A DNA stretch of 64,000 nucleotides from Eledone cirrhosa (GCA_964016885.1 OZ024743.1:291214001-291278000); one strand, 5' to 3'; positions 25,060 to 40,120 are shown, counted from the stretch's first letter. Notes: generated by a model from the letters alone, not told the origin. Numbers and translations: made by a program.

Positions 25060-27585
25060 TAAAAAAGAAAACACAGGTAAGCATTAAGAGAAGGATTTAA
25101 TCCAGGTATTTACACCCGTTTCATTGGTAAGTGCAACCTTATATTGCTATACTGCAAATAGCAGCCACTCAATTATAATTGTTGTTCACAGTCCAAATTT
25201 TCAAAATAGTGAGTAAGTAACTCTTCAAATAATTCTTAATATATAGAGAAAAACATTTATTTGGAATTGTATTTACTAGTATAGAGAGAGAGAGGAATCA
25301 GAAGGTGAGGGGAAAAACGGAATAGTATAGAGAGAGAGAGGAAGGGGGAGGAGTTAGGAAGTAGAGTGACACACTGAGATGGAGGGAGGGGTAGAGGTGG
25401 AAGGATTCCTTGATCAGTTTTGATATTTAGACTCCATGTCGTGGAATGTAGTTAGTTAAAGAGAATTAAATTGATCATAGTGGAAGGGATGGAGAGAGAA
25501 AGAGAGGGGGGATATATAAAGAGATAAATATATATATAAAAAATAAAGATAAAGATAATAATGACAACAATAAAAGCAAAGAACAGGGAAGAAAGAAGAA
25601 AAGAAAAGATAGTTAAGAAGGGAAGGAAAGGAAGGAAGAAAACGAAGAAATAGAAGAGGAATGAAGGAGAAGGGGGATATAGGTTTTGGTTTTTGTGGGT
25701 AATTAAAAGGGTTTAGATACAATACGAGGGTATAAAGTCTAAGTAGATGCAGTTTGTCAGTTGGTAGAAAGAGGTTAAGGGTTCGATTTGCAGTTGTAGT
25801 GCGAAAACTTCTCTTTGAGTCTATGGTTACAATAAATTGATATTTCGATTTTATTGTTGAGTAACTTATTCTTCGAACTCAAGATGTGGTACAGCTCAGG
25901 GTCGCATAATCGACAGCTTCTCATACCACTCCGATATGGGGGCGCGTTCGATAATTTGTTCCACTTCAGGGTGTATTGATGGTTACTTTCACTCAGTTGC
26001 CAGGTCTTGTTTGCAAGGATAGTTACATAATGATGCTGGGAATGTTTCATTGCGTAACGGTGTGTATACCAACGGGCTTTAAATGTATTCCCAGTCACTC
26101 CGATGTAATACCATTTCTGGTTGTCTGATTCCACTGTGCATTGGTAAACCAAGTTGACTGCATACATTCATTATGTAATGGACAGGTTTCAGATAGGTCG
26201 CAGTTACAATTCTTGTCATGGGCAACTTTGGCATTATTGGTGGGCTGCGATACCTGTACAAGTGCGTGTGTTTCCAGAGTTTGTGTTATGCGTGTCCGTG
26301 TGGGCTTTACGGAGGCTCTCTTCTATATATTCTACTCTGTCTAAGTGGCCTGCTTTGTCTAATGCGGTATTGTAGTATTCTGCATGTTCTTTGAAGAATT
26401 GTCGGTTAGACGAGGCGGGAGATCCTAAGGGATATGCTGCGTTGAATGGATTTAATTATGGATAGTGGGTGGTTTGAGTTACAGTTGATGTATGCTAAGT
26501 TTTAATTAATCTTGTGAATAAGTCCCGTATTTAGGTTAAGCGTCGCGTCTAGAAAGTTAACTGTTTTAGTGCTATATTCATACGTTATTCCAAGGCCTAG
26601 TTTCCCCAAAAGTCTTTGTAATATTCTTACGGAGTCTTTCTATGCTCTGGTTATTTAGGTTCTTAACTAGGAGAAGGGCATTGTCTCTGTAGATTCCACC
26701 GTGAAGGTCGCTAAACTCACTCTGTAAACTATGGGCTATGTAAATAACTACTAAATCTGTGACTTGAGCCGAGTCGCTGGCCCCCCATCGTGATGTAAAA
26801 GTTATTTAATCTATCCTTACGTTCCGAATAGGCGTTTTCAAATGTAATCATTTTTTTCCTGAGAGCTAATATGATTTTTATCTCGTCGTCTGTTATGTCA
26901 GAATTGGCTTTGGCGAATGCTAAGTCTTTATCCAATGTGTTGGGGGATATAGATGAGTAATAATCGTTAATGTCAAATTGTATAAATTTAGACACTTCTT
27001 TGTTAGCTATATTGTTACACCATTTAATTGCTTCGGTAGTGTTACCCCATAGATTAATCACTAGTTTATTCTTCATTTGTTCTATCACTCTGTCTAATAT
27101 ATGTTTACTAATTTTCCCGATGTCCGATTTGGACGGGCATATAAGTCTAATTGTGGGGTTATAATCAACATTTACCTTGTGGTCCTTGAGAGTACATATG
27201 GGGGTACATGGCCTAAGTGGCTCCGTTCTGTCGTCTATTCCTAGGTGTTTGACTATGTTGTGTGCCTTGTTTTTTATGTTTATCACTGCCGCCTCATTAA
27301 TTTTTTTTGTATTTCCTATGTAATTCCTTCCGTATGAAGCTATTGTATGTATTAACATCCATCGTATACACATGTGATGTTTTGTCCGCTTTGACAATAA
27401 TACTATTGGTGGTTCGCAGCTTTTTTAGGAATGTATTTATGTCATACTCGAGTTTATTATTCCGCCACTTTTTTAATTTGATATTCATAATCATCTTCAG
27501 TAAGTCCTGTTCAAAGGTATCCTGTTGAGTGTTGGTAGGTGGGTTCTTACACGATTTGAAGTCGTATGTTTCCTTGTTGTATTCC
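25058..27585 (-). mobile_element. Naiad-type PLE family A, decayed copy 1
   Basis: ORFs 27297-27587, 26729-27397 (TLKDHK, IRLICPSKSDIG, QFDINDYYSSI, ITMG) and 25775-26167 (LVYQC..YYIG..FKARW..H..CRLC..LLN..CNH); catalytic motif reads YRDN; purine-rich 3' UTR 25058-25774. Confidence 0.9.
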
Positions 27586-27640
27586 ACGGTGCGACCATTA
27601 CGTCCTTTGTCGAAAGGCTACAAAATAAATTCCCAAATAC

Positions 27641-27912
27641 GGGCGCAAAATTTAATGAACTTTTTCACGTGACAGTCATAATTTCATTTATAACCAATCA
27701 AATTACATTTATAAAAAAAAGTCTTTGTGAGCGACTTTTTTTAAAGTAAAAAGAAATTCAAACAAACTGGCGCGAAAGCTGATGTGCTTATTCACGTGAC
27801 TGCATCAACCAACCAAACTTCACTCATATATGAAAAAACAACATGAGCCACCCCCCCCCCTTTGTTTGAAGAACTGGCGCGAAATTTATTATACTTATTC
27901 ACAACCCAATCA
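27641..27912. promoter_or_regulatory. triplicated module: E2F-like GGCGCGAAA + CACGTGAC E-box + CCAAT
   Basis: GGCGC(G/A)AAA at 27642, 27769, 27876; CACGTGAC at 27666, 27793; CCAATCA at 27694, 27906. Confidence 0.45.
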
Positions 27913-29333
27913 AATTAGTTCTCTAAAAACCTGGCGTTTCGAGCCACTTTTTTCCATACAAAACAAGTAACATTTAAAGACCAACGAGATGTGAGAAAAA
28001 CCACAGACCCTCCATCTCAACTCTACTTTTGAAAAGCAGAAGAACTGCGAAACCGGTAAAGGAACCAAATAAATATATATATTTAAAAATAATTAAGACT
28101 CCAGTTGCATTTTCGATTTCATCTTTTTTCCTTATACTTTCGTCTCGTGTAGGACACCTCGATTATTTTTCATTTTGTAAAAAAACCTCACTTTCTAATA
28201 ATAATAATAATAATAATATATATATATATATATTTTTTTCAAAGCTGAACGTCGGTTTAAAAACTCAAAATCATATCCTACGATTGAATATGCTCAAGCA
28301 ACATATTTCGGGCTCTTTAAAAATCAGCATATAGAAAGAAATACACTTCGATATGTGTTTAGTCATAGGGGACTTCCAACAACCACTATGAAGAACATAT
28401 TAACTAGGAATGGAATGATGAGTTGAGTAAACATCAATTAGAAGAATAAAGAGTGCTAACCATCCAATTATAAATATAACATCCGGACATGTTCAAAATA
28501 GTCCATGTTTCGCTATAAAAAAGGAAGGTTTTATATCGTGGTCGTAGCCCTTCGGTGAATGCCCAATAGCATCTTCACTTCTAAATATATATTAGATAAC
28601 AAAAATACGCACATGTCGTAAAATTAGATGTACGCTTTATCTACGTGTATTTCTCTCTATAAGCTGATATACACAAATACAATAGTATCATGTTTCACGA
28701 AGTTGCACGTCAGCACGTTGGCTGAGAAGATAGAAAAACAGCTGTCCGTTCGTATTATGTAAAATTGTGCAATTTCAGCTGATAATATATTTATATATGT
28801 TGACAATACACATGGCAATTTCTTGAAAAACAGCTATAATATTTACTCTCTTGACATACACTCCTCTTAATTTCTATTGTGTTCAAACTACGCACCTATT
28901 CTATCCCTCTCTCACTGTTTCTCCTTATTCTACTCTCTCTGAACGTTTGACTACCTATCTATTTCATCCCTGGCCCTTGATCTTTAATATATTTTTCAGG
29001 CCACTTAACTCAATAAAATATCAATGACGAATGTCGTTTTCAGACTTACATTCCACCCAGTGTTAACTTTTATGTATTATATATTAAGTCCGTTGTCTAT
29101 TTATTTTTAGTCGTAAGATTTTTATTTAATTATCTCTATTGTGCTCCGTCAGTTTTGTTTAGTTTTTTTTATCGTCTCTCATGTCATCTTACCGGCAGAA
29201 ACTGGCATCACAAATGCAATACTATCTAAATATCAGAAACTGTACAACAGAAATATAGCTAACTAGCTAAATATGCATATGCTTTTTCATTTTATTTTCA
29301 GCCGATATATATATGTATATATATATGTATATA

Positions 29334-29434
<101 letters not shown>

Positions 29435-29846
29435 ATATATGAATGTATGTGTGTGTGTGGGGGGGGGGGGGTTATATGTACGGATTAGAGTTTAAGCATG
29501 AATCGCTGCTTCACACTTTTAGGGGATCTCCTGGAACTGAGTTTCGATCCCGTAAAATGGTGTAAACTGTGATTATTTGCACTTTAATATGTACATATAA
29601 TAGATATTTGCTCTACGAGTATATATATATATATATATAGAGTAATACGAAAAAAATGTGAAGACTAAAATCCAAAGAGGGTTCGATAAGGATAATATAT
29701 ATATATCAAATATATAAGAACGCTAGACGAAATATTTATTAAAACAACAGATTAACGTGTAAGCAATGAATCTCTGCTTTCACCCTTAACGTGTGAAAGC
29801 AGCTATTCATCGATTAAACTTTAATCTGTTTTATATATATATATAT

Positions 29847-30052
29847 ATATCACAGAAAAAAGAGAATCAGTGTTGCGACGAAAGGAATTTATTGGACATA
29901 TTAAGGAAAATCTGCTTCGTAGAATGAAGACGTATCCGAGGACCACGCAATTTCAGACAATCGTGTCTCGAGGTGTTCGCACGAGAAACAATTTTTAATA
30001 TGTCCAATAAATTCCTTTCGTCGCAACACTGATTCTCTTTTTTCTGTGATAT
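29847..30052. repeat. inverted repeat, ~57-bp perfect arms, ~90-bp spacer
   Basis: atatcacagaaaaaagagaatcagtgttgcgacgaaaggaatttattggacatattaa / ttaatatgtccaataaattcctttcgtcgcaacactgattctcttttttctgtgatat. Confidence 0.92.
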
Positions 30053-31151
30053 CATACTCTGCTCTATGAGGGCATCGAGTGCTCAAACGGCCTATCGCAT
30101 ACGGACGCTTTAAGCATCCAACACCAATTATATATATATATGTATATATATAGTACGGTACGAAATCTACCTGATTTCCTCCGTGGCATTTTTCATTCTC
30201 ATATTATTTTTTAATCCATCTTATCAATCAGTTGTACGTTGGAACACACAGATGCATAAAACTGAAGCAATCTCCAACAGAAAAGAAAACGGATGTTGAA
30301 TAAAAAGGAATCTGTTATTAAACGACACGTGATATCTGTGTATGAGAGTCTGTGTCTCTGACACATTGTTTTTAAATTGTGTCCATAGATATACATTTAA
30401 GCCTAATTAAATGTCTGATAACCAGGAGTCATTCTGCATGATTATTATATTTTATTGTCCTTCACGTGGTTATAATTTTTTTTTAGGTGGTGGTGGTAGT
30501 GGTGGTGCGGCTAAACATGGAATAGAATCTATTATACAAATTATATATATATATTTATATGTATATACTATATATGTGTGTGCGCGTGCTTATGTATGTA
30601 TATATATATATATATGTATGTATGTATGTAAAATGGTTTATATATATATATAGGTGTGTATGTGTGTGTATGTATGTAAAATATTATACATATATACATA
30701 TACATATAAGATAGAAATTTTTAGAACTACTTATACACATATAAATAAGGTCAGCCAGGATTCCATTATATATTGGCTAATAATGTTCTTTTATGTATCG
30801 ATTATTAATTGTAACAAGAAATAACTCTATTTTAAATGGGTCTGATTTATAATCTATTTCCGAAAAAACACTATCATTCCTAGTTTTTTTCTTTATTTCC
30901 CTCTTAGCGAATAAAATACTATGGAATGTTGCGTGGGAGTTGACATACATAGACGATAAGCATTTTTTTTTTACCGGGATTTATATTTGCTGTAAATTAA
31001 ATTTAATTTCGAACATTCTTTTTTATACAGTTAAACGTTATATTATTTTATTGCCAGAGATTTTTAAAGATATACTATGCAATGAATTGATAGATGATAA
31101 ATATATATATATATAGGCTAACAAAGTTCTTTCGATACACACACACATATC

Positions 31152-31562
<411 letters not shown>

Positions 31563-31610
31563 AGTAATTAAGTCAAATATTTAAAATTTGGCCTCGTTTA
31601 TTAAAGATGT

Positions 31611-31665
31611 ACTGCTATATATATTTCGGTGACAGCCATCATTGTCTGTGACCTCTTCAGGCAGT
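31611..31665 (-). ncRNA. type I hammerhead F5 (AUA site), core intact
   Basis: ACTGC-CTGAAGA-GGTCACAGACA(ATGA)TGGCTGTCACC-GAAA-TATATA-TA-GCAGT. Confidence 0.87.
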
Positions 31666-31891
31666 CCGAATTGGTGAGGTAGAGACAGGTAGACATTGTG
31701 TTAAAGTGTTTTACTCCGTCAATACTCCGATATATCAAGCTCCTGGTTGGGTTGTTATTTCTCTGAGGAACTGAAATCATATGATATCGTTCTTCAGAGA
31801 AATAACAACCCAACCAGGAGCTGGACATATCGGAGTGTTGACGGATTAAAAGACTTTAACATGTGTACCTGTCTCTACCGTACACATTTGG

Positions 31892-31946
31892 ACTGCCTGA
31901 ATAGGTCACAGCCAATGATGGCTGTCACCGAAATATATATAGCAGT
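31892..31946 (+). ncRNA. hammerhead F5 with core mutation G8U (CTGAATA), probably inactive
   Basis: ACTGC-CTGAATA-GGTCACAGCCA(ATGA)TGGCTGTCACC-GAAA-TATATATA-GCAGT. Confidence 0.75.
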
Positions 31947-32093
31947 ACATCTTTAATATACCAAGCCAAATTTAAATTATTTGACTTAATTACTTTATTT
32001 TACATTATTCCGGAGTAACCAAACCAACCTGTGTACTTCGTCGAGTGCTCCAATATGTTTACAGAGTTGTCGGTAAACAGCCAACATATACTC

Positions 32094-32156
<63 letters not shown>

Positions 32157-32213
32157 TATTAAACAAATAATGAATAAAACAATGAAACAGTTCCTTATAT
32201 TAAACAAAAAAAG

Positions 32214-32368
32214 TTCATTATTTAACGATCGTTTCTAGGATATATATGTGTTAGAATTGGCATGCATATTCAACAGATCTATGTACAAAATTATACAAAA
32301 TTATACAAACTATCAAGATTAAATATACATACCAAACACACATATACGCCGTCTTCAGAAATAATGAA
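32214..32368 (-). ncRNA. type I hammerhead F6 in Naiad 3' pLTR, 116-nt stem II
   Basis: TTCATTATTT-CTGAAGA-[116 nt hairpin]-GAAA-CGATCG-TT-AAATAATGAA. Confidence 0.85.
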
Positions 32369-32982
32369 ATATATTTATTGATAATAACAACAATTCAAAA
32401 TTTCAGGTCCGTTTGGGAACAGTTCAAAATTGACCAATGAAAATACAAAAGGTTTTATGCAGTTTGGTGTGTGTATATACATGTATCTAACCCCGTACAC
32501 ATATTTATACAAAGATGTATGCTCAACATGCATACGCATGCCAAAAAGATGCATGCAAATACAAAATGTCAAGGCTAATGTCTCTGTAAGTTTATAATGC
32601 ACAGATAAAATGCGTATAGACACATAAATATGAAATAAGTGTATACACATATTCTCATACTCACACATATCCGTACACTCACACACACGCGCGCGTATAT
32701 GCATAAACATACACATAATTACGAACATACATACACACACACACACCCACACACATATATATGTGGATATAATATTATCATAAGCACATGGATATTAATT
32801 CACTCACATAAACACTGCCACACACATTTAGATCAAGATACAGAAATTAGGTGGGAGGGGGGAGAGGTCAGTATTCAACGGTTTGGGCAGACTGCTTATT
32901 TATAGATGTATCTATAAACTAAGAAATAAAAAATAAAAAGGAAAGAAAAGAAAAAGAAAAAAGAAAAAAGAAATATATCAAG

Positions 32983-33045
<63 letters not shown>

Positions 33046-33110
33046 CTACACATAGAACACACAAACACACACATATATAAACATATACATATACATACAT
33101 ACACACATAT

Positions 33111-33153
<43 letters not shown>

Positions 33154-33434
33154 TATCCACATATAATCACACATACATATATAGACACACATATATATAC
33201 ACATACACGCACATATACATACACATACATACTTATATACATACAGACATACACATACATACCTATATATACACACAAATACATACAGACATACATACAT
33301 ACATACACACAAATACTTACGCATCCATATATCGGTATATACATACAAACACCACTACACTCTCACACAACTCAGACATACAAAGAAAAAGGTATATACA
33401 ATACATATACACATACAAATAGAGATACATATAC

Positions 33435-33469
<35 letters not shown>

Positions 33470-33665
33470 CACATACACATATACACACATATATATACAC
33501 ACACATACATACATGTACACACATATACACATACATTCATACACGCATACACACATACATATATAGTCATACACACATATACACCTACACGAACATACAC
33601 ATACACATATATAAAGATATATATACACACACATACATACACACACACACATATATATAAAATAA

Positions 33666-33704
<39 letters not shown>

Positions 33705-33773
33705 TATATACACACACACATATACATACACATATATGTACATACATACACATACTCACATACATATACACAC

Positions 33774-33805
<32 letters not shown>

Positions 33806-34335
33806 ACACATACATACATACACACACAACATACATACACACACATATATACTCATACATAGACATAGATATATATTCATACATACATACGCACTTACAT
33901 ATACTCATATATACAAATACATACGCATCCATATATGCGTATATACATACAAACACCACTACACTCTCACTCAACTCAGACATACAAAGAAAAAGGTATA
34001 TACATATACATATATACACACATTAATAGAGATACATATACACATATATAAATATATATACACATACATTTATATATATACCCACACACACATACAACCA
34101 TAAACACACATACAAACACATACATACACACATATATACATACATATATATACACACACACAAAAAACACACATACACATATATATTTTTACACATATAT
34201 ATACACATATATATACATATACACACCCTCACATATATGCACATACACATAAGTTATATTATAATAATAAATAATATATACATATATATATATATACACA
34301 TACGAATATACACATATATACACACATAGATATAC

Positions 34336-34369
<34 letters not shown>

Positions 34370-35378
34370 TCACATATATATGTGCGCACACGTACATATA
34401 TACACATACACACATATACACATAAACATATACATGTGCATACATGTACATACACACATATACCCACATAGATACGAAGATAGACATATATATAGAGAGA
34501 CATACATATATATACACATATATACATACACATACATACACACATATATATATATACACATATATATACACACACATACATACACGCCCACACACATATA
34601 TACACATATACACATATATATATACATACATATACACATATATATACACATGCATATATACACATATATATATACACACACACATATATATACACACACA
34701 ATCATACATTCTTATTTGCATGCGCATATATGTATTTTTATACTCATATATAAACACACAAACATATATACACCTACCTACATATATATACATACATACA
34801 CGCTTACAAACACAGATGATAATAGTATGGGGGAAAGGGGGGGGGGAGAAGGGGATTATAGTAAATATATGTTTCAAGAAACATAGAATATTAATCTGTA
34901 TCTGGATCCCAATATATGTTTTTACATAGTTTCAGTGTTAGGAAATGCAAGAAATAAGGCAAAATTATGCATTTCAAAATAAGTATACCATTAATTATAT
35001 GTTAACTAAACTAAAGATAGTTAACATATTGATTTCTAAGGTGTAAATTAGTTAGGTTTATAATATTTGAAGCAGAATTTTGAAGTTAAATAGTAGTGGA
35101 GTATTAATTATAGTATAACTAAATTAAAGTTATTAACGTTATGGTATCAATATTAGGAAATGAATTTAGTAATAGGGAAAAAACAAATAAAGTATTACAT
35201 CGGTAGTAGAATATAAATTATAGGTTAACTAAATTAAAAATTATATATTAATTTCTATAGTATATGTTAATTAGGTATATAATAAATAAAACAGATATTG
35301 TATTTTATCAATAGCAGAATATAATTATATGCAATTAGAAATCAAAATTAATACATATACATATACATATACATACAC

Positions 35379-35415
<37 letters not shown>

Positions 35416-35914
35416 TACATATACATACATATACATACATACATATACATATTTTTTCAAAAATTGCAAAGAATATATTAACTAGGTATACATCCAAAAC
35501 ACATCCCATTCTATGATTACATGACACTCTGCAATCCGTCTGTATTAGGATACTAATTTTAAGCCAATTAAATTAAATTTTTAGGTTGACTAAATTTAAA
35601 ACCAAATTATAAATATATTTCTAAAATGTATATTAATTAGGTCTATAATACTAAAAATTATTTCTCTGTCATTGGATACACGATATTTTGTTATATTTTA
35701 TCTGTAAAGGAATTTTAATAAAAGGTTTAAATAAATTAAAATTAATCTATAAATTAAATTACTAAGTATATATTAGTAATATTTAAAGGTTTTTCACAAT
35801 TTATGATTACACAATATTTTATATTCTCATCTGTAGTAGAATTTTAATTAAATTAAATTTATAGATTAACTAACATTTAAATTAAATTATATATTAATTT
35901 CTAAAATAATGTTA

Positions 35915-38356
35915 TTAATTAGGTTTATAATATTTAAATGTTTTTTTTAGTTTATGATTACACGATATAATTAATTCCTGTCGTTTATTTAATAGGATAT
36001 CCTTAGATTTCATTATTTCAAATAGTTCTTGGGAACATAATCTACATTCATTTCTATTATTTTGATAAGGGGTGGCTCTTTTGAGCACACTCCAGGTCAA
36101 ATCATATTCTATATTCTTATTTTTATAACTATTGATTTTTTCTGCTAGAGATGTTGTATTAGCCAGTGCGGCATTTTCAAAACTATGCTTGTGGGTATTA
36201 AACCTTGTCTTAAAATTGTTAGAAGTAGCTCCTATATATGAGCAAATAGAATCTTTAGTTTTAACATTACATTTATAGACTATGTTGTTAACAAGACAAT
36301 TCCCTTTTAATGGGCAGTTTGCTTTGTTTCTACAGTTACAACCTTTCGTTAATTCTGTATTTGAGGAGATATTATGGTTAATTTGATGTACTGGTGGTAT
36401 ACTTATGGTTTTCTTACATTTATATGCATTATAGGCACTTATATTTTGTTTTATGTTATTTGTTGTTGAGTATGAGAATTTAACTGTAGACCTATTTAAG
36501 ATTTGATGGTATTTGTGGTTTGGCGGGAAGTTTTTCTCTAGGATATAACAAAATTTTTTAGCAATATTATCCTTAATTTGTAAATTAAATGGAGCATTAT
36601 ACCAAGTAACCCGTCTATTACGGTTTCTATGTTGTTTATTATTTTTATTATTTTTATATGTTGTATCGTGATGTTTACTAGGAGGATTAATGTTAATGAT
36701 CTCACCACAACCATTTTTAGTTATATTTGTAGATTTAGGTGTTTTATCTTTTTTATTAGGAGTTTTATTATTAATATTTATTAGAGTTGTATGATGAGTA
36801 GTTTTTTGAGAGTTACTATATTTTATATTAGAAGATTTGGTATTTTGGGGTATAGTGTGGGTGGCATTTAGGTGTGTACTTTTCATTTGGTGTTTGTTGG
36901 TAATATTAGGTTGTATGCTTTTAGTATTTTTAGTAGAAGGTATATATTCTAATCTATTTTTGTGGCCACTTCTATCTAGAGCTTCGTTATAGAAGGTCGC
37001 ATTTTTATCAAATACATCTTGGTTAGAAGAAAGGTTAGAAATTCTAAGTGATATATTATATGCAAGGTTTTTAAGGATAGATTTAGGGTGATTAGATTGT
37101 GAGTGTATGTAATGTAAGTTTTGGTTTGGTTTATGGTAAGGTTGGTAGATACCCGTAGCTAAATCTAAAGTTATATCTAGGAAATTTACTACTTTACTTG
37201 TTTTTTCAAAAGTAATATGAAGATTATAATAGTCTTTAAGGAAAGTTCTAATATGTTTTTTGTTTTTTTCAATTTCTGAAAGGCTAAGGTTGTTAGAAAG
37301 AAGAAGACAGTCATCACGATATAAACCACCTTTGAGGTGGGGAAAGGAGGCATTTATGTTGAAAAGGAGAAAGAGGCCCACAAGATCAGTAATTTGGGCG
37401 GAATCGCTTGAACCCATAGTAATATCAAATAGATTACTATATGTGTTTCTGGTCCAGTATTCATTCTGAAATTCAATAAGTGTTAGTCTAGCATGTGTAA
37501 TAATATTAATGTCATCCAAAGTTAAGTTAGATCTATTTTTAGCAAATATCAATGCTTTGTTCAGGAGTATAGGTGATATAGAAGAATAGTAATTATCTAT
37601 ATCAAATTGTAGAAATGAAGCAGAAGATTTACATCTAATATTTTTAAACCAGTTAATTACCTGGGAGGTGTTTTCCCAGAGTGGTAAAATAACGTGTTTT
37701 CTTATTTGTGGGATGACTCTATCCAAAATTTTTTTGCTAATTATTCCAATATCTGATTTGGAGGGACATATAAGTCTTATAGAAGGATTTGAGTTAAAGT
37801 TTGATTTATGATCCTACAGGTTGAAGTGTGGTCTTTTCAATGCCAAAGGTTCAGTTCTATCTTCAATGTTTAGTTTTTTTACTATGTTGTGTGTTTTGTT
37901 GTTGATGTTGGTGAGTGACGCATTATTAGATTTTTTATAATTTTTTCTGAGTTCTTTATATATGAACTCATTATAATGTTCAATATCCATATGATACAAG
38001 TTACCAGTTTTGTCCGAGTGGACATGGATTTTTTTAGACTTTTTTAGGTCCAATAGGGTAGAATCAAGGTCCTTTTGAAAGACGGATTTATACTTTTTAA
38101 ATTTGAGGTGTTTAATTAAATTAAAAAGGTCTTTCTCGAAGTCTTCAAGTAAAAAGTTGTGTGGTGGATTCTTGTAAGTATTGAAATCATACATATATTT
38201 CCGATCTGCTTGTTTAGATTTTTTATCGAAGTGGTAGGCTCTCCATCTAACCCTTCTGATAAAATTATTAGTTTTTTGAATCATAAGGAGTAAGAAGTCA
38301 TCCTTAGAAGGTATTGGTATGTTTTTTAAAGAGGTTCCCAAATATTGTTTTTCCAT
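35915..38356 (-). pseudogene. Naiad-type RT + GIY-YIG ORF (~813 codons) interrupted by one in-frame TAG at 37814-37816
   Basis: ORFs 37814-38377 and 35915-37726 are in the same frame, joined by L*DHKSNFNSNPSIRLICPSKSDIG; QFDIDNYYSSI, ITMGSSDSAQ, GLYRDD, CNCRNKANCPLKGNC, IVY-YIG, CRLC..CNH. Confidence 0.93.
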
Positions 38357-38706
38357 TGTGATATGGATGATGGACAATTGAAAGAGCTCAACTAAATGTA
38401 TATGGGTTTATAAAATCATACATATATATGTATATACATAAATATAAAATTAATACACACATGCAGTACAAAAATACGAATATTTCCGTGAAAATAGGAG
38501 CAAAATTATGTAGATAAATCTACCAAGAGTTTACGGTAGTGTCCAATCCGTATGAAGAACTCAATGTATTCCGGATATCATGGAAAGAAGAGATGTAATG
38601 AAAAATCACTTTCGGTGAAAGATAAACGGTATACAGAGTCAAGATAAAATATTAAACAAATAATGAATAAAACAATGAAACAGTTCCTTATATTAAACAA
38701 AAAAAG

Positions 38707-38861
38707 TTCATTATTTAACGATCGTTTCTAGGATATATATGTGTTAGAATTGGCATGCATATTCAACAGATCTATGTACAAAATTATACAAAATTATACA
38801 AACTATCAAGATTAAATATACATACCAAACACACATATACGCCGTCTTCAGAAATAATGAA
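38707..38861 (-). ncRNA. hammerhead F6 in 5' direct pLTR
   Basis: same sequence as 32214-32368. Confidence 0.85.
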
Positions 38862-39477
38862 ATATATTTATTGATAATAACAACAATTCAAAATTTCAGG
38901 TCCGTTTGGGAACAGTTCAAAATTGACCAATGAAAATACAAAAGGTTTTATGCAGTTTGGTGTGTGTATATACATGTAACTAACCCCGTACACATATTTA
39001 TACAAAGATGTATGCTCAACATGCATACGCATGCCAAAAAGATGCATGCAAATACAAAATTTCAAGGCTAATGTCTCTGTAAGTTTATAATGCACAGATA
39101 AAATGCGTATAGACACATAAATATGAAATAAGTGTATACACATATTCTCATACTCACACATATCCGTACACTCACACACAGGCGCGCGTATATGCATAAA
39201 CATACACATAATTACGAACATACATACACACACACACCCCCCACACACATATATATGTGGATATAATATTATCATAAGCACATGGATATTAATTCACTCA
39301 CATAAACACTGCCACACACATTTAGATCAAGATACAGAAATTAGGTGGGAGGGGGGGAGAGGTCAGTATTCAACGGTTTGGGCAGACTGCTTATTTATAG
39401 ATGTATCTATAAACTAAGAAATAAAAAATAAAAAGGAAAGAAAAGAAAAAGAAAAAAGAAAAAAGAAATATATCAAG

Positions 39478-39536
<59 letters not shown>

Positions 39537-39601
39537 CTACACATAGAACACACACACACACACATATATAAACATATACATATACATACATACACACATA
39601 T

Positions 39602-39652
<51 letters not shown>

Positions 39653-39923
39653 TATCCACATATAATCACACATACATATATAGACACACATATATATACA
39701 CATACACGCACATATACATACACATACATACTTATATACATACAGACATACACATACATACCTATATATACACACAAATACATACAGACATACATACATA
39801 CATACACACAAATACTTACGCATCCATATATCGATATATACATACAAACACCACTACACTCTCACACAACTCATGTGTATATATATGTGTGTCTATATAT
39901 GTATGTGTGATTATATGTGGATA

Positions 39924-39976
<53 letters not shown>

Positions 39977-40041
39977 ATATGTGTGTATGTATGTATATGT
40001 ATATTTTTATATATGTGTGTGTGTGTGTGTTCTATGTGTAG

Positions 40042-40120
<79 letters not shown>

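Larger units (their letters stand above)
31563..31994. mobile_element. ~430-bp palindromic element carrying two HHRs (family F5)
   Basis: agtaattaagtcaaata...ctcctggttgggttgttatttctctgaggaac / gttcttcagagaaataacaacccaaccaggag...tatttgacttaattact. Confidence 0.9.

Noticed and set aside
25104-25236. Putative HHR in family A 3' UTR (minus strand TTGAAGA...GAAACGGGTGTA)
   Set aside because: No stem II pairing, stem I out of register, and the paralog at 47.1-47.3 kb reads TCAAGA/GAGAC
31741-31820. CTGAGGA-ACT-GAAA at the centre of the F5 palindrome as an extra hammerhead
   Set aside because: No stem II or matching stem I; it is sequestered in the long hairpin, and GAAA is not conserved in the 50.3 kb copy
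32919-34929. Many long ORFs of Y/I/C/V/M/H/T (also at 5.0, 6.1, 39.4, 42.1, 45.3 kb)
   Set aside because: Translations of TA/CA/TG microsatellites
37814-37816. In-frame stop in the Naiad ORF as selenocysteine recoding (some Naiads encode selenoproteins)
   Set aside because: The codon is TAG, not TGA, and replaces a Lys; all Cys motif positions are ordinary Cys codons
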